Assembly: GCA_012295275.1 (NCBI GenBank) | Contig: CM022669.1 | Span: 18,786,001 to 18,850,000 of the forward strand | Length of the DNA: 64,000 nucleotides | DNA from: Chrysomallon squamiferum | Taxonomy: Eukaryota > Animalia > Mollusca | Direction: 5' to 3' | In this document: positions 1-26,863 of the stretch, in pieces | Layout of the letters: the number at the start of each line of letters is the position of its first letter | Position numbering within the stretch: the first letter of the stretch is position 1 | Translations under genes and position numbers: made by a program | Notes under the pieces: generated by a model | Told to the model about the DNA's origin: nothing | Databases searched by the model: none | The model's input: only the letters and a program-made list of their open reading frames with translations

Positions 1-979
1 AATATGATCAAGGTGTAAAAATAAGAATAACAAAAAGTTTCAGAAGTACTGATATATATATATATATATATATACCAGAACCTGTTTCAAAGTAGTTTTC
101 AAAAAGAAACATGTAACAGATAAAACATAATTAGCATAAAGAGAAACACGCGTTTCTTTGTTCTGTTAACGGTCGAAATAAAAAGACAGAACTCAGAGAA
201 CAAAGACAAGAACAACAACAACTAAAAACAAGTAGTGAAGAAAAGAAAAGAAAAAATACAATAAAAAGAAAGTAGATGAAGAAATGAAAGAAGAATTAAA
301 TTAGAATAGGAAAACGAAAGAAAATGGAAAGAAGAAGGAGGAGAAAGACATAACAACAATAGGATAAAAGTGTATAAGATTTATACAAATTATACGAAAA
401 AAGATGAAAATAAATGGAAAAAATAAGATTTAAAAATATAGAAAAACATAGAAAAGAAAAAGACAAAAAAAAAAAAAAAAGAAAAAAAAAGAAGAAAAAT
501 TAAATAAAACAGAAACTAAAGAAATAAATTTAAAAAAAGACAAGAAAACCGAAGAAAAAGAAAGAAAAAGAAAAAGAAAAATACGAAACAGGACGAAGAA
601 ATAAATAACAAAACAGAACAAAAAAAAAAAAAAAAAAAAAAGATGCTGATAATAACAGGTCGACCATCACTGAAATAATTTACATGCGTTTCATATTTTC
701 ATTGAATTGGGGAAACCATTTAACGTGAATTAGTCCGCGAGAGAGGCTGGCAGTCTCGCTTCACTCCCTCCCACTCCGCCGTCACACGTTGTGAATCATA
801 ATGCGTGTTTACACACACGAAACAACGAGACCGCTTGTCACATGAAGTGGTGCGGACCCCTCCAGTGTCTCCCCTTCTCCTGAGTGACAGCTCTCTATTT
901 ACCGGATATTTGTGTAATTCGGCAGGCTCTCTGATACGACAATGTACCAATTTCGTTTGCTGACGGCGGTAGGTCAGGA

Positions 980-1023
<44 letters not shown>

Positions 1024-1068
1024 AGAAGAAAGAAAGAAAACACACACATATACATACATACATATGTA

Positions 1069-1125
<57 letters not shown>

Positions 1126-1239
1126 AATATAACTCGCATGTACCTGTTATGTTGTTAATACAACTGATGTCAACCACTGATAGTAGATGAATGAATCTAA
1201 TTCTTTTTTTTTTTTTTTTTTTAAGAATAATAACAAGCT

Positions 1240-1360
1240 TGCAATTTACTGACTGCTCGAAAGGTGCTTCGGGGTATGTTGAATATGGCTGCAATGTCAA
1301 ATGAAAGAGCTCCATGTTTTTCTAAGGATATTTAGGCTCGTGTTTTGATAAAGTGTTAAT
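1240..1360 (-). mobile_element. Possible decayed Tc1/mariner-type transposase N-terminal HTH fragment
   Basis: One minus frame reads HFIKTRA*ISLEKHGALSFDIAAIFNIPRSTFRAV. This resembles the 'IA..fnIPRSTV' helix-turn-helix of Tc1/psq-like transposases. It has an in-frame stop; no DDE domain or TIR was seen. Confidence 0.25.
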
Positions 1361-1776
1361 TTATCCAAATAAGTACTCTATAGCAGGCTCGGAGAGGGAG
1401 AAAAGATGTGTAAAATAAGTGTGTAGTTTGTGGGTATTGAAAACAAAATGTGTGGGTGTACCTTTGACATGCTTTCTTGTATGTTTCGTTCTATTACGTT
1501 TCTTTATGTTTTCACTTGTTATTGAATTATATTTTAAAGTTTAGCGTTTGTTTGTTTGTTTGTTTGTTTGTGTGTTTAATTTATTTACAAGTTTTATTTA
1601 TATTTTATCGTTTTATTCGCAGTTAATTGCTGTATTTTTATTTAGTTTAGTTTATTGTGGATTCACATGATTTATAGATGGAAAGAATGAAAGAGAAACA
1701 GAGAGAAAACAAAAATGAGAGAAAAGATAAACGGAGAGACACATAGAGAGAAAAGGAGCCAGATAGACAGACAGAC

Positions 1777-1857
<81 letters not shown>

Positions 1858-3632
1858 GTTATTTTGGCTATACTTGTTAAATCAAATAACAGGCTAACAA
1901 AGTAAATTTTATTTTTGAAAATACTTGTTTAGAAATGGGAAAACGTGTACCAGCTACATTTTTTAGTTCAACAGTTGAGAGAAGTACAGATGCACTCAAA
2001 CAGTAAGCTTTCATATTGAAATGACAACATTTACAATTATTATATATTTATAGGCTATTTACCGGAGCATTAAAACTCTTTGTTTAAAGTTTAGAAACAC
2101 ACAAATATTTAAATTTCATCACACAAGGAAAACAGTAAAAATCGATGAGCGTGAAGGCAAAACGGAGAAAAGAAAGAACGTTTTGTTTTTAGTTGATTAC
2201 TGGTTTCAGAATAACGATTAAATTTTCAGAAGTAGATTTATATTTATTATGCATTTTTTCCTGACTGGATTTTTTATTTTTGTTACTTGTTGTTGTCACT
2301 GTCGTAATGCTAATGTTGTTATTTTTTTGCTGTTATTATTATTGTTGTTGTTATTGTTGTTGTTGTTGTTATCATTTTATTTATTCCTATTTCAGTCGAA
2401 GTCTATAGAAATCGAAAGAATTATCAGCTTCTTCTTATTGTTATTATAATCATCGTTATCATCAGTGTCATCATCATATTTCGTTGATTTGTTTCTCTTT
2501 TTTTTCTGAATATTGTCTGCTTACGGAAGACAGATTAAAATTATTTACTTCTAAACAGATTAGATAATTGGATTAGCAAATAACAGTAATAATTGTTTTT
2601 ACAATTTAAATCAGTACCAGAAAGAACCTGAGTGAAAGGATTTCAGGAACTCAGTCTTTTATACAAGTTCCCCTCTCAAGTTACACAGGATCGATATTAA
2701 AAGGGCCCAGTTTTGTATAAACAGTGAGTGACTTTAGTTTTTCGTTCCAGTATAGAAACACGAATATATATATATTCATATACTAACATACACAAATTCA
2801 CATGCATACTCAGAGATATTTTTAAATTCATTTCGCGTGCAGGTTAAAAGTATGCACACAGACAAACACACATTATGAACAACAGAAAATTCTAACTTGC
2901 AAACAGAAAATGTATTTTGTTTATTATTTATTTGTTTATCTATTTATTTGTTTGTCTGTTATTTGTTTATTCGTTTATTTATTCGTTTATTTATTCCTTT
3001 TTGTCTTTTTTTATTGCTTATTTTATTTATTTTTATCTTGTTTATTTATTTGTTTTATTTATTTACTTAATTTTGTTTCTTTGTTTGTGTCTTTCTTTCT
3101 TTTTCTTTATTCATTTATTCACTCATTTGTTTATTTTAATTTATTTAATTTTATTATGATTACTATTTTCTATTATGTAGTTATATATTTACTAATCTAT
3201 TTTATTTTTTTATTTTTTTTATTTTACTAATTCATTCATATATACAGCTTTAAATTCTTCGCGACTATCTCATAATTACATCTATCATGTACTGTTTAAA
3301 ACAGCTATCTGTTATCGGCTACTACCATTAATATTCACCAGCCGTGTAATGTAAATGCTCCTGTTGAATAAATGCATATTAATTACGGTTTATGAATAAT
3401 TCATGAGATTATGTGCCCGATAACATGACAGATAAAGCATATTAATGAAGAAAAAAATCACAAAGTGAAATAACAGTGTGGGTGGTTTTCATGTTAATTA
3501 TGCTACTAACTCCAGAGGTTCTGTCATTTACACTGGCGAGAAAAACACGAAAGTTGAAAGAAGTCGTGTTTGTATTCAGATAGCTTTACAGTATACAAAT
3601 AAAAGGATTTGATTTTTGTTTATTTTGCATAG

Positions 3633-3663
<31 letters not shown>

Positions 3664-3961
3664 CATAAATACGTACATACATACGTACATACATACGTAC
3701 ATACTTACATACATACATTCACACATACACATACATACATACATACATACACACATACATACATACATACATACACACATACACACATACATACACATAC
3801 ATACATACATACATACATACATACATACATACATACATACATACACACACATACATACATACACATACATACATACACATACATACATACATACATACAT
3901 ACACACATACACACATACATACATACACACACATACATACATACATACATACATACATACA

Positions 3962-3993
<32 letters not shown>

Positions 3994-4034
3994 CATACAC
4001 ACATACATACATACACACACACATACATATATAA

Positions 4035-4240
4035 GGTTGTCTCGGTGGCCGAACGGTAACATTGTCCGTCTTCGGAGTGAGGGCGAATGGGTGTCACACG
4101 TTCGAGTCTCGTCAGCGGCATCTGAAGGGTTTGTGAGGTCGTGATCGGACTTTGTCCTCCTGTGCCAGTGAGTTCCCGAATATTGTACTTATGCAGTCTG
4201 TAAGACAGAGAAAATTCAAAATCCTAATCTACATGCTTAC
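4035..4240 (+). mobile_element. tRNA-derived SINE, copy 1
   Basis: Pol III A box TGGCCGAACGG and B box GTTCGAGTC in a degenerate cloverleaf with a long variable arm (Ser/Leu-like), followed by a ~120 nt body and a (CATA)n tail. Confidence 0.7.
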
Positions 4241-4500
4241 ATACATGCATACATACACACATACATACATACACACATACATACATACATACATACACAC
4301 ATACATACATACATACATACACACATACACACATACATACATACATACACACATACATACACACACACATACATACACACATACATACACACATACACAC
4401 ATACATACATACATACATACACACATACATACATACATACATACACATATACATATATACATACACACATACATACATACACACACACATACATATATAA

Positions 4501-4706
4501 GGTTGTCTCGGTGGCCGAACGGTAACATTGTCCGTCTTCGGAGTGAGGGCGAATGGGTGTCACACGTTCGAGTCTCGTCAGCGGCATCTGAAGGGTTTGT
4601 GAGGTCGTGATCGGACATTGTCCTCCTGTGCCAGTGAGTTCCCGAATATTGTACTTATGCAGTCTGTAAGACAGAGAAAATTCAAAATCCTAATCTACAT
4701 GCTTAC
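4501..4706 (+). mobile_element. tRNA-derived SINE, copy 2 (tandem duplicate of 4035-4240)
   Basis: Near-identical to copy 1 at an offset of 466 bp; one substitution seen (ggacttt vs ggacatt). Confidence 0.7.
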
Positions 4707-5762
4707 ATACATGCATGCATACACACATACATATACAATGCATACACACATACACACACATACATATACACATACATACACACATACATACACACACATA
4801 CACACACGTACACATACACAGATACATAGATACATACATAAATATACTAAATGCACATCACATTACGCTATAGTCCCTACGGCAAATATTTTTTTCCAGT
4901 TATTCTTTTTCCTTATTTTGTTGTTTTTCTTGTTCTTGTTGTTATTTCTAAATTAGGAATACTTTATTAAACCTAATTCGTTATTTGTGTCCTTCATTCT
5001 TTCTTTATTTCTACATGAAGCCAAACACAGAAAGAACTAAGCAGACTTATTACCTACTCCACACAGCAAGAAAAAGTAAACAGGAATACTGTTGAATAGT
5101 ACTTCAAAGGTAAGTAAAGAAGTGGAAAACTATGTAGATATTCTCTGCTCTTATTAACCCTCTTCGTGAACGAACCTTAGCCGATCAACACAAACAGCTC
5201 AACTTGTTAACTAAACACATAAATAAATCTTAGCCGATTTAAACATTATAAGTTATTTAAAAACAGAATAACGACCTGATAATATTGATGTATTATTATA
5301 AAAAAAAATTAAAAAAAAAAAAAAAAAAAATTGAATTGTTATAATTTGCAACGATGTTATGTGCGAATATCAGAGTAATAGTCCGTATATAAAAATAAAT
5401 AAATAAATAAGAAGTTAAATAAACAAACATTAGGTTACCAGTAATGATAATGACAATGACGATGATGACGATGTTGATGATAAGTGTATGCATTTTCAAT
5501 GTGTATGATCATATATCTACATATATACGTATGCATATATGTATGTGTTCGTTTGTCTTTTTATGTATATTAATACGTACATACATACACACAAATACAT
5601 ACACACACACATACACACACACACACACACAAACACACACATAAAATATATGCTATTGTTCAACACCGTGTTTCGATCTGAATTCTACAATTATTGTAAT
5701 ATTTAAACAAACAAGAGTTGATGTTGTAGAGACTGTTGACACTGACAAGAAAGGTAACTCAC

Positions 5763-6210
5763 TCTGTCGGCACAAAGCCTCGAATACCATTCACCTGACT
5801 ACAGCCGTACTTACAACGTCGTAAGAACGAGACTGCAGCTACTCGTCGCTTGTTTTTCAAAGCACGAAAATGCTTCATTAGCAAACACAATGGCCGACTC
5901 GTCCACATACACAGCGTGTTCTGTTTTATTAACGAGGCCGTGAAAGCTGTAAGTGCATGTAGCAGGGCAAAAAACGAAACAAAAGCAAGCACCAGTTGAC
6001 TTATTAATGAACTCTGATTTACAAAACACGACGCTGCGTGAGCACGCACAAAACGCAAACAAACAGCGTCGGGTTGCTGGAGTTTTGTTTTAAATATTTC
6101 TGTGCGCTGAATTGCTAATCGGCAGCAAGATACAATTAATCTTTCTTGTCTTCTGATGACGTCTTAAGCGTCCTCATTGTTGATGACAAGGGCGACTCAA
6201 TGAGCCGCGT
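5763..6210 (-). other. Putative exon (probably largely 5' UTR) of an unidentified minus-strand gene
   Basis: On the minus strand there is a pyrimidine tract with an acceptor (cttttccccccttacag) at 6211 and a consensus donor (GA|gtgagt) at 5762, enclosing a CpG-rich 448-nt segment. No recognisable protein. Confidence 0.35.
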
Positions 6211-6586
6211 CTGTAAGGGGGGAAAAGAATATAATTGAAGAGATAGACTCCAGTGGGAAACAAGTCTTGTTCAACAACCGCTGGAGTGTAATTTATCGTG
6301 AGTGGCCACCAGCCAAAGAAAGGAAATATGTACTGAAGATGATGGTGTTATCTTAGCGAGGTTAATTAGCGTGTGTACGTCATCGGCGACGTTCCTGGAG
6401 AGCCGCAGCTGTCGTTGTTGATGACACTCCAAATGGTGTAACTCTGGAAAGGGGCTTAACAATGTCGCACCCAAAAAAGATGCGTGTGGAAAGATGGTAG
6501 TAGAACGTTCATAAGAAATGGAAGCTAAAACAGAGAGCGTATAATAGCAATTATCATCCGATAAGATTCGCGTAAAAAATGTATTA

Positions 6587-6699
<113 letters not shown>

Positions 6700-6999
6700 G
6701 AAAGACAACTACTTGTACAAACCTGAGTAATAATTCAAAATAAAGATTTGACCTTTGTGCATCAACCGTTTTATAGGTTAAATAATGTTTGTTTTTTCGT
6801 TTCTTTTTCTTTTTCTTTTTCTTTTTAAATTTGAAATATAAGTAAATAAAATAATATAACATAACATAATATAAGAATAACATAAATAACTGCAACAGAT
6901 AAATAAAATAAAATGATAATGAATATGTTAAATATTTCACAATATTCCCCAAAACACGAAAATGTTTTCATGAAGGAGAAAAATCAACGAAACAACAGC

Positions 7000-7034
<35 letters not shown>

Positions 7035-7292
7035 TAATAATACTGATAATAATAATTACAATTATATATCAAAGCAAGCAAACGAAAGATGTAAAGAACA
7101 AAGTTTACCTTCCACCTCTACTGTACTTTCATTTCTTTTGTGAAGAGACAAACGTTTTACGTCATGAATTGATGACGTCAAAAAATCATCGAAGTTTTTG
7201 CTTCGATCAGGAGAGTTTATGCAACTTGAGTTGAAATTCTAATAAGAACGTCACAAACAGCTAACTTGTTTATTAAAACAGAAACTTGACTT

Positions 7293-7400
7293 CTCGCAGG
7301 AATAACCCTTGCAGGAATAACCCTCGCAGGAATAACCCTCGCAGGAATAACCCTCGCAGGAATAACTCTCGCAGGAATAACTCTCGCAGGAATAACCCTC
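7293..7400. repeat. 15-bp minisatellite (CTCGCAGGAATAACC) x7
   Basis: Seven head-to-tail copies with at most one substitution each and no spacers. Confidence 0.95.
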
Positions 7401-7824
7401 CCGTACTTCGCCATTATCCCGATCATCTCTCGTCAAGCGGGCGCTGTCTCTAAGTCAGGGGTGTGTGGTGTGTGTTGTCCTGCAGCAAGTTTCTCCTTTA
7501 TTGTCCTTAATTATATTACATTAAAAATTCGTTGAATGTATCGTTAAAATTATGGGTGTGTGTGTGTGTGTGTGTGTAAATTATTTTCTTCTGTTACTGT
7601 TTCGGTTATTGCTCGAACGGCAACAATTTATTTACTTAACTATATATGTACAAACAGTTAATAATTTGCGAAGAAAGAAACAAAACAGTGTCTCAGTTTG
7701 AAATTTCGCTGAACGCTATGAACGAGTAGATCCATTACAAACCTTCAGGATAGAACAAAACAAAAACAAAATAAAACCAGAAAATCTAGGTAAAGGCAAA
7801 AGAACATAAAACAACTTGTATGCG

Positions 7825-7973
<149 letters not shown>

Positions 7974-9573
7974 CAGCTAAAGATAAAATAACAGTTTAAC
8001 CCTGATAATAATTATAGCGAATTGTCAGTATCGTAGACGTTAAAACGATACGGTAACGCGATACGTTGTCTGAATACAAGTTACAAGCGCAAACTCGGGA
8101 GCTGTCGAGTGACTTGTCACGAACAAATCCTTTAGCTGGAAGACTTTATTTGTCCTCTGACTCGAAATCGTTTCGGGCGGCGGTGGGGTCCAAAACCCAC
8201 CCGACTGGCGCTGAAGCTTGCCACATTCACACCAGCACGCTAACACCGCCAATTCTCAAGTTAAAACATCTTGTTTCTCCGGCCACACACAAAAACCCAG
8301 CCATGCCACGACACGGGACTTGAAAGGAGCTGCTAATCATTTAATTTATAAGGGATTGCGATAATTATATTGCCACTTTAGAAAGACATTCAAAGGCAAA
8401 CGGTGTACAAATAAGTGGAGGACAAAAAAACACACAAGAACGGTGCCAGCGAATATGATATAGAGTGTTGTTTACAGCATATCACAAACTGATTCCCTTT
8501 ACTCTTCTCCTGACAATAGAACTTGATCAACGCCAGGGCGCGAAGTGTAGACTCGTTTTACAAAACAACTGCCACACACAGACAGAATCAAGACACAGGT
8601 CGCTGCAATCAAATAGCTTGATCTGTTTTTACAGTACACTTCACAATAGAGCTGTTGAAATTAATTTAGCCACGTACACTGTCACTCAATTAACAACTCT
8701 GTAGCTGACATGCATAACTGTGTACAAACAATCTAAATCCATGTATATATACACACACGCAAACATACACGTACACAAGCACATATACAGACATGCATAG
8801 ATACATACGTACCAATTACATATATGATAAATACACATACAATACATAATACACAAACATAAACATACACACATACAAACAGCACAATACCATATATAAA
8901 AAGCATATTCTGAAACACGTGCTTCACAACAGCTAGCTCTGATTAGCACGTTATTTTTTTTTTTTTTTCATATTTCATTTCATTTACACGTCAGTCAAAA
9001 CTGTAATCTCTAACAACACTTAAAAAAAAAAAAAACATCATTCAAATGTGACGTGATCGGGCCAGGAAATAAACATTGATTAAAAATATTTTTTTTTTTT
9101 TTTTCTCAGAATGAAAACAAAAATTACACTCCTGTTTGTTAACAATTTTAAACTCGTCTCTCCATTAAACATTCAAGATATGTCACCAGCTACACAAACA
9201 CACGTCAGATTCCATAATATCAAACACGAGTTTTAAATTGAGACACGTCCATTGTTTCCTGATCTGAATGACGTTCTAAACAGCCGGTCCACGCTTCATC
9301 GAACTCAGACAATCGACGAATAACAGAGTTTAGTATTTTCTCATTATCTAAAATATTTGAAGAACCCTGGTGCTGAGGACTTCTTTGAGAAACCCAGAAT
9401 AACCTGACGAAGGTAATTTAATTTAATTTTAAAATTCAAGAATTATATGCGTGTATTTTTTTTTTTTTTTTTTTTAAATTAGTTTTTGTTATATAATTAT
9501 AGTTCGAAAAGAAGTGAGTTTTTGTTAGACATAGTTAATGAGACGATGAAGAAGTAATAATAATAATAATTAC

Positions 9574-9634
<61 letters not shown>

Positions 9635-9757
9635 ATATTATAATAAAATAAATAAATAATTCATTTATTAAAATCGCCATCAATTTAATTTCGTGAATAT
9701 TAGCAGATTTACATTAAATAATTAATTTCACCTATTTTATAAACTTATTCGTAAGAA

Positions 9758-9789
<32 letters not shown>

Positions 9790-9817
9790 GTCGCATGCAA
9801 TTACGCTCACACTTCTA

Positions 9818-9920
<103 letters not shown>

Positions 9921-10019
9921 CTGTCTTCCACACTAACTCGATCGCAAGCGTTGCATATTTAAATTTGATGTATCACGTTTTCAGCAGTACTGACGCTGTG
10001 TGTATGACAAACAACTAAT

Positions 10020-15726
<5,707 letters not shown>

Positions 15727-17733
15727 CCTGTACGATAACAGCAACTATAAATGCTGCTGAAGATGATGGTCGATTCGATTCTTCTGGAACTTTCTATCAT
15801 GATTAGTTTCTGCTTGATGAGGCTGGACAAGATGATCCTAGGTCTAGACTGATCTGTAGAACGTTAATACTGTCATGGAGAAATAGTATGAAGAATATAA
15901 AGATTGTTTGATGCCAAAAATAATATAACTTAAATTGTTAAATGGAACTTATAAGATGCCAGATGTTTGATAAATAAAATATACCGCTATGTTTTCTACA
16001 TCTTTATTATATTTTATTTTATTTATTTGTTAAATGGAAGTTCGAATGTACTAGATGTTTGATAAGTATCCATCTATCCTTTCTATTACTTTATTTATTT
16101 ATTTTATCATTATTATTAAGATCATTGATCATTGTTATTATCAGATAACTGGGTTAACCGAGTTTTATGAAATAAAAAACTAATTATTTTGATTCGTTTT
16201 TCAAAACCATTATTTTATTTTATTTCTGTACATCTATATTTATGTTTGTGTATATTTATTTATCTATGAATATACATAAATCTGTATTTGTCTACTTCGT
16301 CTGTTACTGAATGTGTATGTGTGCATATATAAAAACGCATGTTTGTTGTATGTTTACTCATTATAAATAAAATGTATCAGTTATGAACCAAAAGCATTAA
16401 ATGTTAGAATGAACAAACTTGTACAATTACGTAGAAAATTTATTACAAGCAGATCCATGCTACGATTAGGATTTGTTTAACAAATGATCCAAATATTTTA
16501 TGATTGTTTGAAAAGAATGTATTAAAACTGTATGCGAATAGTTGTAATAATAATATGATTTTCTCATAATAATAATAATAATAATAATAATTATTATTAT
16601 AATAACAAAATATAATAATAAAATTAATAAATAAGTAAATAAATAAATAAAGATCTAAATAAATAAACAAACAAACAAATAAATAAATAAACAAACAAAC
16701 AAATAAATAAATAAATAAATAAACAAACAAAACTACCACGTCGACAAAAAAAAAAAAAAAAAAAAAAGAACAACAATAACATCAGTGTTTTTCAAATCGA
16801 CTTTCATTATTCCGAAAATCTTTATCAATCTGCATGACCTTCATTCTAATTCTGTTACTTGTGTCTCAGTTTATTTGGCTTGGTTGAACGTCCAAGTGAA
16901 AAGAGATGGGAAAACAGTCACGTGTAAAACAGACACAGTGGGTTAGACGAGTTTTTTTTATCTGATAGGAAAAATAGAACGCGTGACTGAAGAGATCTTC
17001 TGAAGTTAAAATTTGTCCACCTTTTCTGAATACCTTGGGCCCGTTATATTCCGAAGGTAAGTGAATCAATCTCTTTATTTTATATATATTAAAAAGAAAA
17101 TATATAATAATTATTAATTATTTAAAATAATTAAACTGTAACACTATAAAGCGTTGACTGTTTAGCTTGCAAACGTTTGTTTAATACATTGGAATATTTG
17201 ATTTTAGTGTCACTTGTAGGACGGCGTGGTTATAGCAATTGTAACAACAATTATGTTAAACTGTGATGTAAAGAACGGTCGAATTGTCGTTATGAATACA
17301 AATACCCAGCAACAGTTGATTAAGTGAATATTTCCTTTATCTTGGGGCAATCTACAACGACAGAAATTTACTAAGTATGATTCAATTGATATCTTAAATA
17401 ATTACTGAAGGGTGATATGTAATTTGATAGACAGCCATGTCCACAGACCCAGCAGAGGTTTTAGAGATATATGCAGTGTAATTTCTGGCGAGTTGATTTT
17501 TGTACGCTTCTCAATTATAGTTTTTATTATTACGTGAAACCATGTTAGATAACGAATTAAGAGGATTATATAATATGTCAGTTGCAGTTATCTGGCAAAG
17601 TTATTTTGGTTTCTTCGCCTTCTTTCTTTTTAAATTTTTTTATTTTTTTTAATTTTTAATTTTTAATATAAAAGATTTCTTACCGTTATCGAAAAAAAAA
17701 AGTTGTAAAAAATAAAATAAAATAAATAAATAA

Positions 17734-17791
<58 letters not shown>

Positions 17792-17826
17792 CATACCTTT
17801 TCTTCTGTCCGTTCTTTCTCTATTTG

Positions 17827-17864
<38 letters not shown>

Positions 17865-18339
17865 GTTATTGTTGTTGTTGTTGTTGTTGTTACAAGTAGT
17901 AGTAGTATCATTATCATCATTATTATTTTTTTTATTATTGTTATTACCATTTTCGTCATTATTATTTATTGTTATTCTATTTTTATTCTTCTTGGTTTTC
18001 TTATTATTATTATTACTATTGTTGTTATTATCATTATTATTATTAACATCATCATCATCTTCATTATCATTATTATTATTATCATGATCGTCATTATCAT
18101 CATCATCAACATCGTCATTACTATTATTATCATCATCATCATTATCATTATTATTACTATTATCATCATCATCATCATTATTATTATCATTATTATTATT
18201 ATTATTACTATTATTGTTGTTATTATTATTATTACTATTATTATTATTATTATTGTTATTATTATTATTGTTATTATTATTATTATTATTATTATTGTTG
18301 TTGTAGTTGTTGCTGTTCTTGTTGTTGTTGTTTCAGGAG

Positions 18340-24258
<5,919 letters not shown>

Positions 24259-24459
24259 ATGAAAATTTTAAATCGGAACATACCTCAGTGTATCTGCTAC
24301 TTGTGTGTGTGTCAATGTATACAATAAATTAACATATACAACTACAGTATGTGTCTGTTTTATTTCTGTGAGATAGTGTAATAATAATAATAACAATGGT
24401 ATGATAATAATAAAAAAAATAATAATAATATAAATAATAATAAAAATAATAATGATATG

Positions 24460-24522
<63 letters not shown>

Positions 24523-25301
24523 GTAACAATGGTTGTGTAATAAAAAAACCAAATGGAACATTTTCCTCCCTAACTCTGCCTCACCAAAGGTCGTGTAAAT
24601 TGCTTTCTTGTACGTGGGAAAATGTAGGTAAAATAATCCTTACTGATAATCTGTTGTGACAGTCTATAATCTTTAAAAAAAAATTCTCTCACATTATCAA
24701 TGAAATTTTTGTGATTTGCATCCATTTACCTTCCTATTCTTAGAATTTTATCTAAAAGTTTCTTTTTCAAATCTAACTCTCTTGTTAAAAACACACAAAA
24801 AAACATGAAATAATTAGCAAGAAAACTTATTATGATATTCAGATTTTCAAATTAGTTTTCTTTATTGTCACTGATACAGGCTCATATTTACAGAAAAGTG
24901 CATTTCATCTGATTTTTAAAAGTTTGACGTAAGTCTGTGATAATCGTAAAAGCCAGTCGTAAACGAAAATTTACGTCTTTTTGTGAACATGAGAACATGA
25001 TTATTGGACACATTAAATTTGTTATTCAGATTATTCTTGAGTTACTAGAATTCTTCTGAAATGGGATAACAAATAATTTAATTAATTAATTAATTTAAAA
25101 AAAAAATATTACAAAAATACAGAGATACAAATGCAGAAAAATGTAAAGGCACAAAACATATGTTACTGCAATATATTTGATAGAAAACTGTACTTCATAA
25201 TACCATCATTATTATTAGCTTAAAATATGCTTTAATTTTATAAATGTTTATGAAATATTTATTATAATAATAATAATAATTAATTATTATTATTATCATC
25301 A

Positions 25302-25365
<64 letters not shown>

Positions 25366-26246
25366 CATCACTGTTATTATTATAGTTGTTGCTGTTGCTG
25401 TGGCTGCTGTCACCATCCAACACCATCATTAATTATTATTTATTATTACATTTTGTTTAATTTTTATCTATAATAAAGACAACGATCTTCATCATCATCA
25501 TGATCATAACAAATCGTACACGTTCATATGCGAATATGTATCCACATGATCTAAAATAAATAATTATATTTCAGTTGATTCACCCACCAGTCAAAGTTAA
25601 CACTAGAATGCTTTAGTCTTATCTACACTGAGACCGTGTGAATGGCACATTTGGACTACAGACCAGCCCACTTAGCTGAAAAAAAAAAAATAGACTCACA
25701 AGAAACTTGGTTTTCTCGTCTGTTCTATTTCTACGATTTGGCCCCAGGAATTATTACAATGGTAAGTAAATATCTTTATTATTTTGTGAATATGATTTTA
25801 TTCTATCGTTGTGTTAAAGTAAAAAAAAAATTATATTGCTATAAAGTTGTGTAAATTTTTGTGTTTTTTTTTATTGTTTGCGTCTATCTCTTTTAAAAGT
25901 TATTGTTCAAGATAACGTATTTAAAAAAAAAAAATTAAAAATAAAAAATTCATGTAGATTTTGCATTCTTCTTTTAAAAGTTAATTATCTTGGTGCAAAT
26001 TTTTGTTTACTAAACAAAACAGATTTTAAAAAATGTATCAATATATAGATAAAAAAAATAAAAATAAAATAAATTAATTAAATTAATTAATTAATATAAT
26101 ATAATATAATATAATATAATATAATATAATACAGTATGGAATTAAAAGTATTAGGTTTAAATAAAATATAGCGAATATCTTGTCATTAATTGTTATAATA
26201 TTAGCACATACATCCACCCCACCCACCCCACATACCCACCCAAACA

Positions 26247-26290
<44 letters not shown>

Positions 26291-26674
26291 GATAGTCTGA
26301 TTTATATACTTTTAACACTTTTATTGATTCATACATTTAAAACATCTCAGCACATCTAGTGGATTTTCCCCATAGCCTTTGTGTGACATCTGTTTATTAT
26401 TATTATTATTATTATTATTATCTTGTTGAACATTATAAATTATGTATATAAAATATTATAGGCTATATTATAGATTTTCATAGCACACTTTTACAATGAT
26501 CATTTATTTATTTATTTATTTATTTATTTATTCATTCATTCATTCATTTATTCACTCAGTCAGTCGTTCATTTTTTTTTTTTTTTTTTTTTTTTTTAACT
26601 TTTTATTATTTTTATACTTCTTCTTCTTCTTCTTCTTCGTCTTATTATTATTATCATTATTATTACTATTATTA

Positions 26675-26705
<31 letters not shown>

Positions 26706-26739
26706 TATCATCATCATCATCATCATCATTATTATTATC

Positions 26740-26771
<32 letters not shown>

Positions 26772-26779
26772 CATCATCA

Positions 26780-26837
<58 letters not shown>

Positions 26838-26863
26838 TATTATTATTATTATTGTTATAGGCC

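Larger units (their letters stand above)
3634..4850. repeat. (CATA)n/(CACA)n compound microsatellite field containing two SINE copies
   Basis: Directly visible ACAT/ACAC repeats; they produce the spurious MYVC/HTYI ORFs. Confidence 0.95.

Noticed and set aside
4038-4120. Functional tRNA gene (also at ~4504-4586)
   Set aside because: The acceptor and T stems have multiple mismatches, there is no clear anticodon arm, and it continues into a SINE-like body and tail.
4122-4215. Hammerhead ribozyme within the SINE (ctgaagg...gaaa)
   Set aside because: The core is not CUGANGA and the flanking stems cannot be formed. Other CTGATGA/CTGAAGA hits checked (~6153, ~16988, ~57044) also lack stem II plus GAAA.
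7293-7400. CRISPR-like array
   Set aside because: The units are contiguous 15-mers without unique spacers, the context is eukaryotic and there are no cas genes.
8040-8330. GC-rich stretch with 70-85 aa ORFs on both strands
   Set aside because: No recognisable protein motif or convincing splice sites; possibly regulatory but unsupported.
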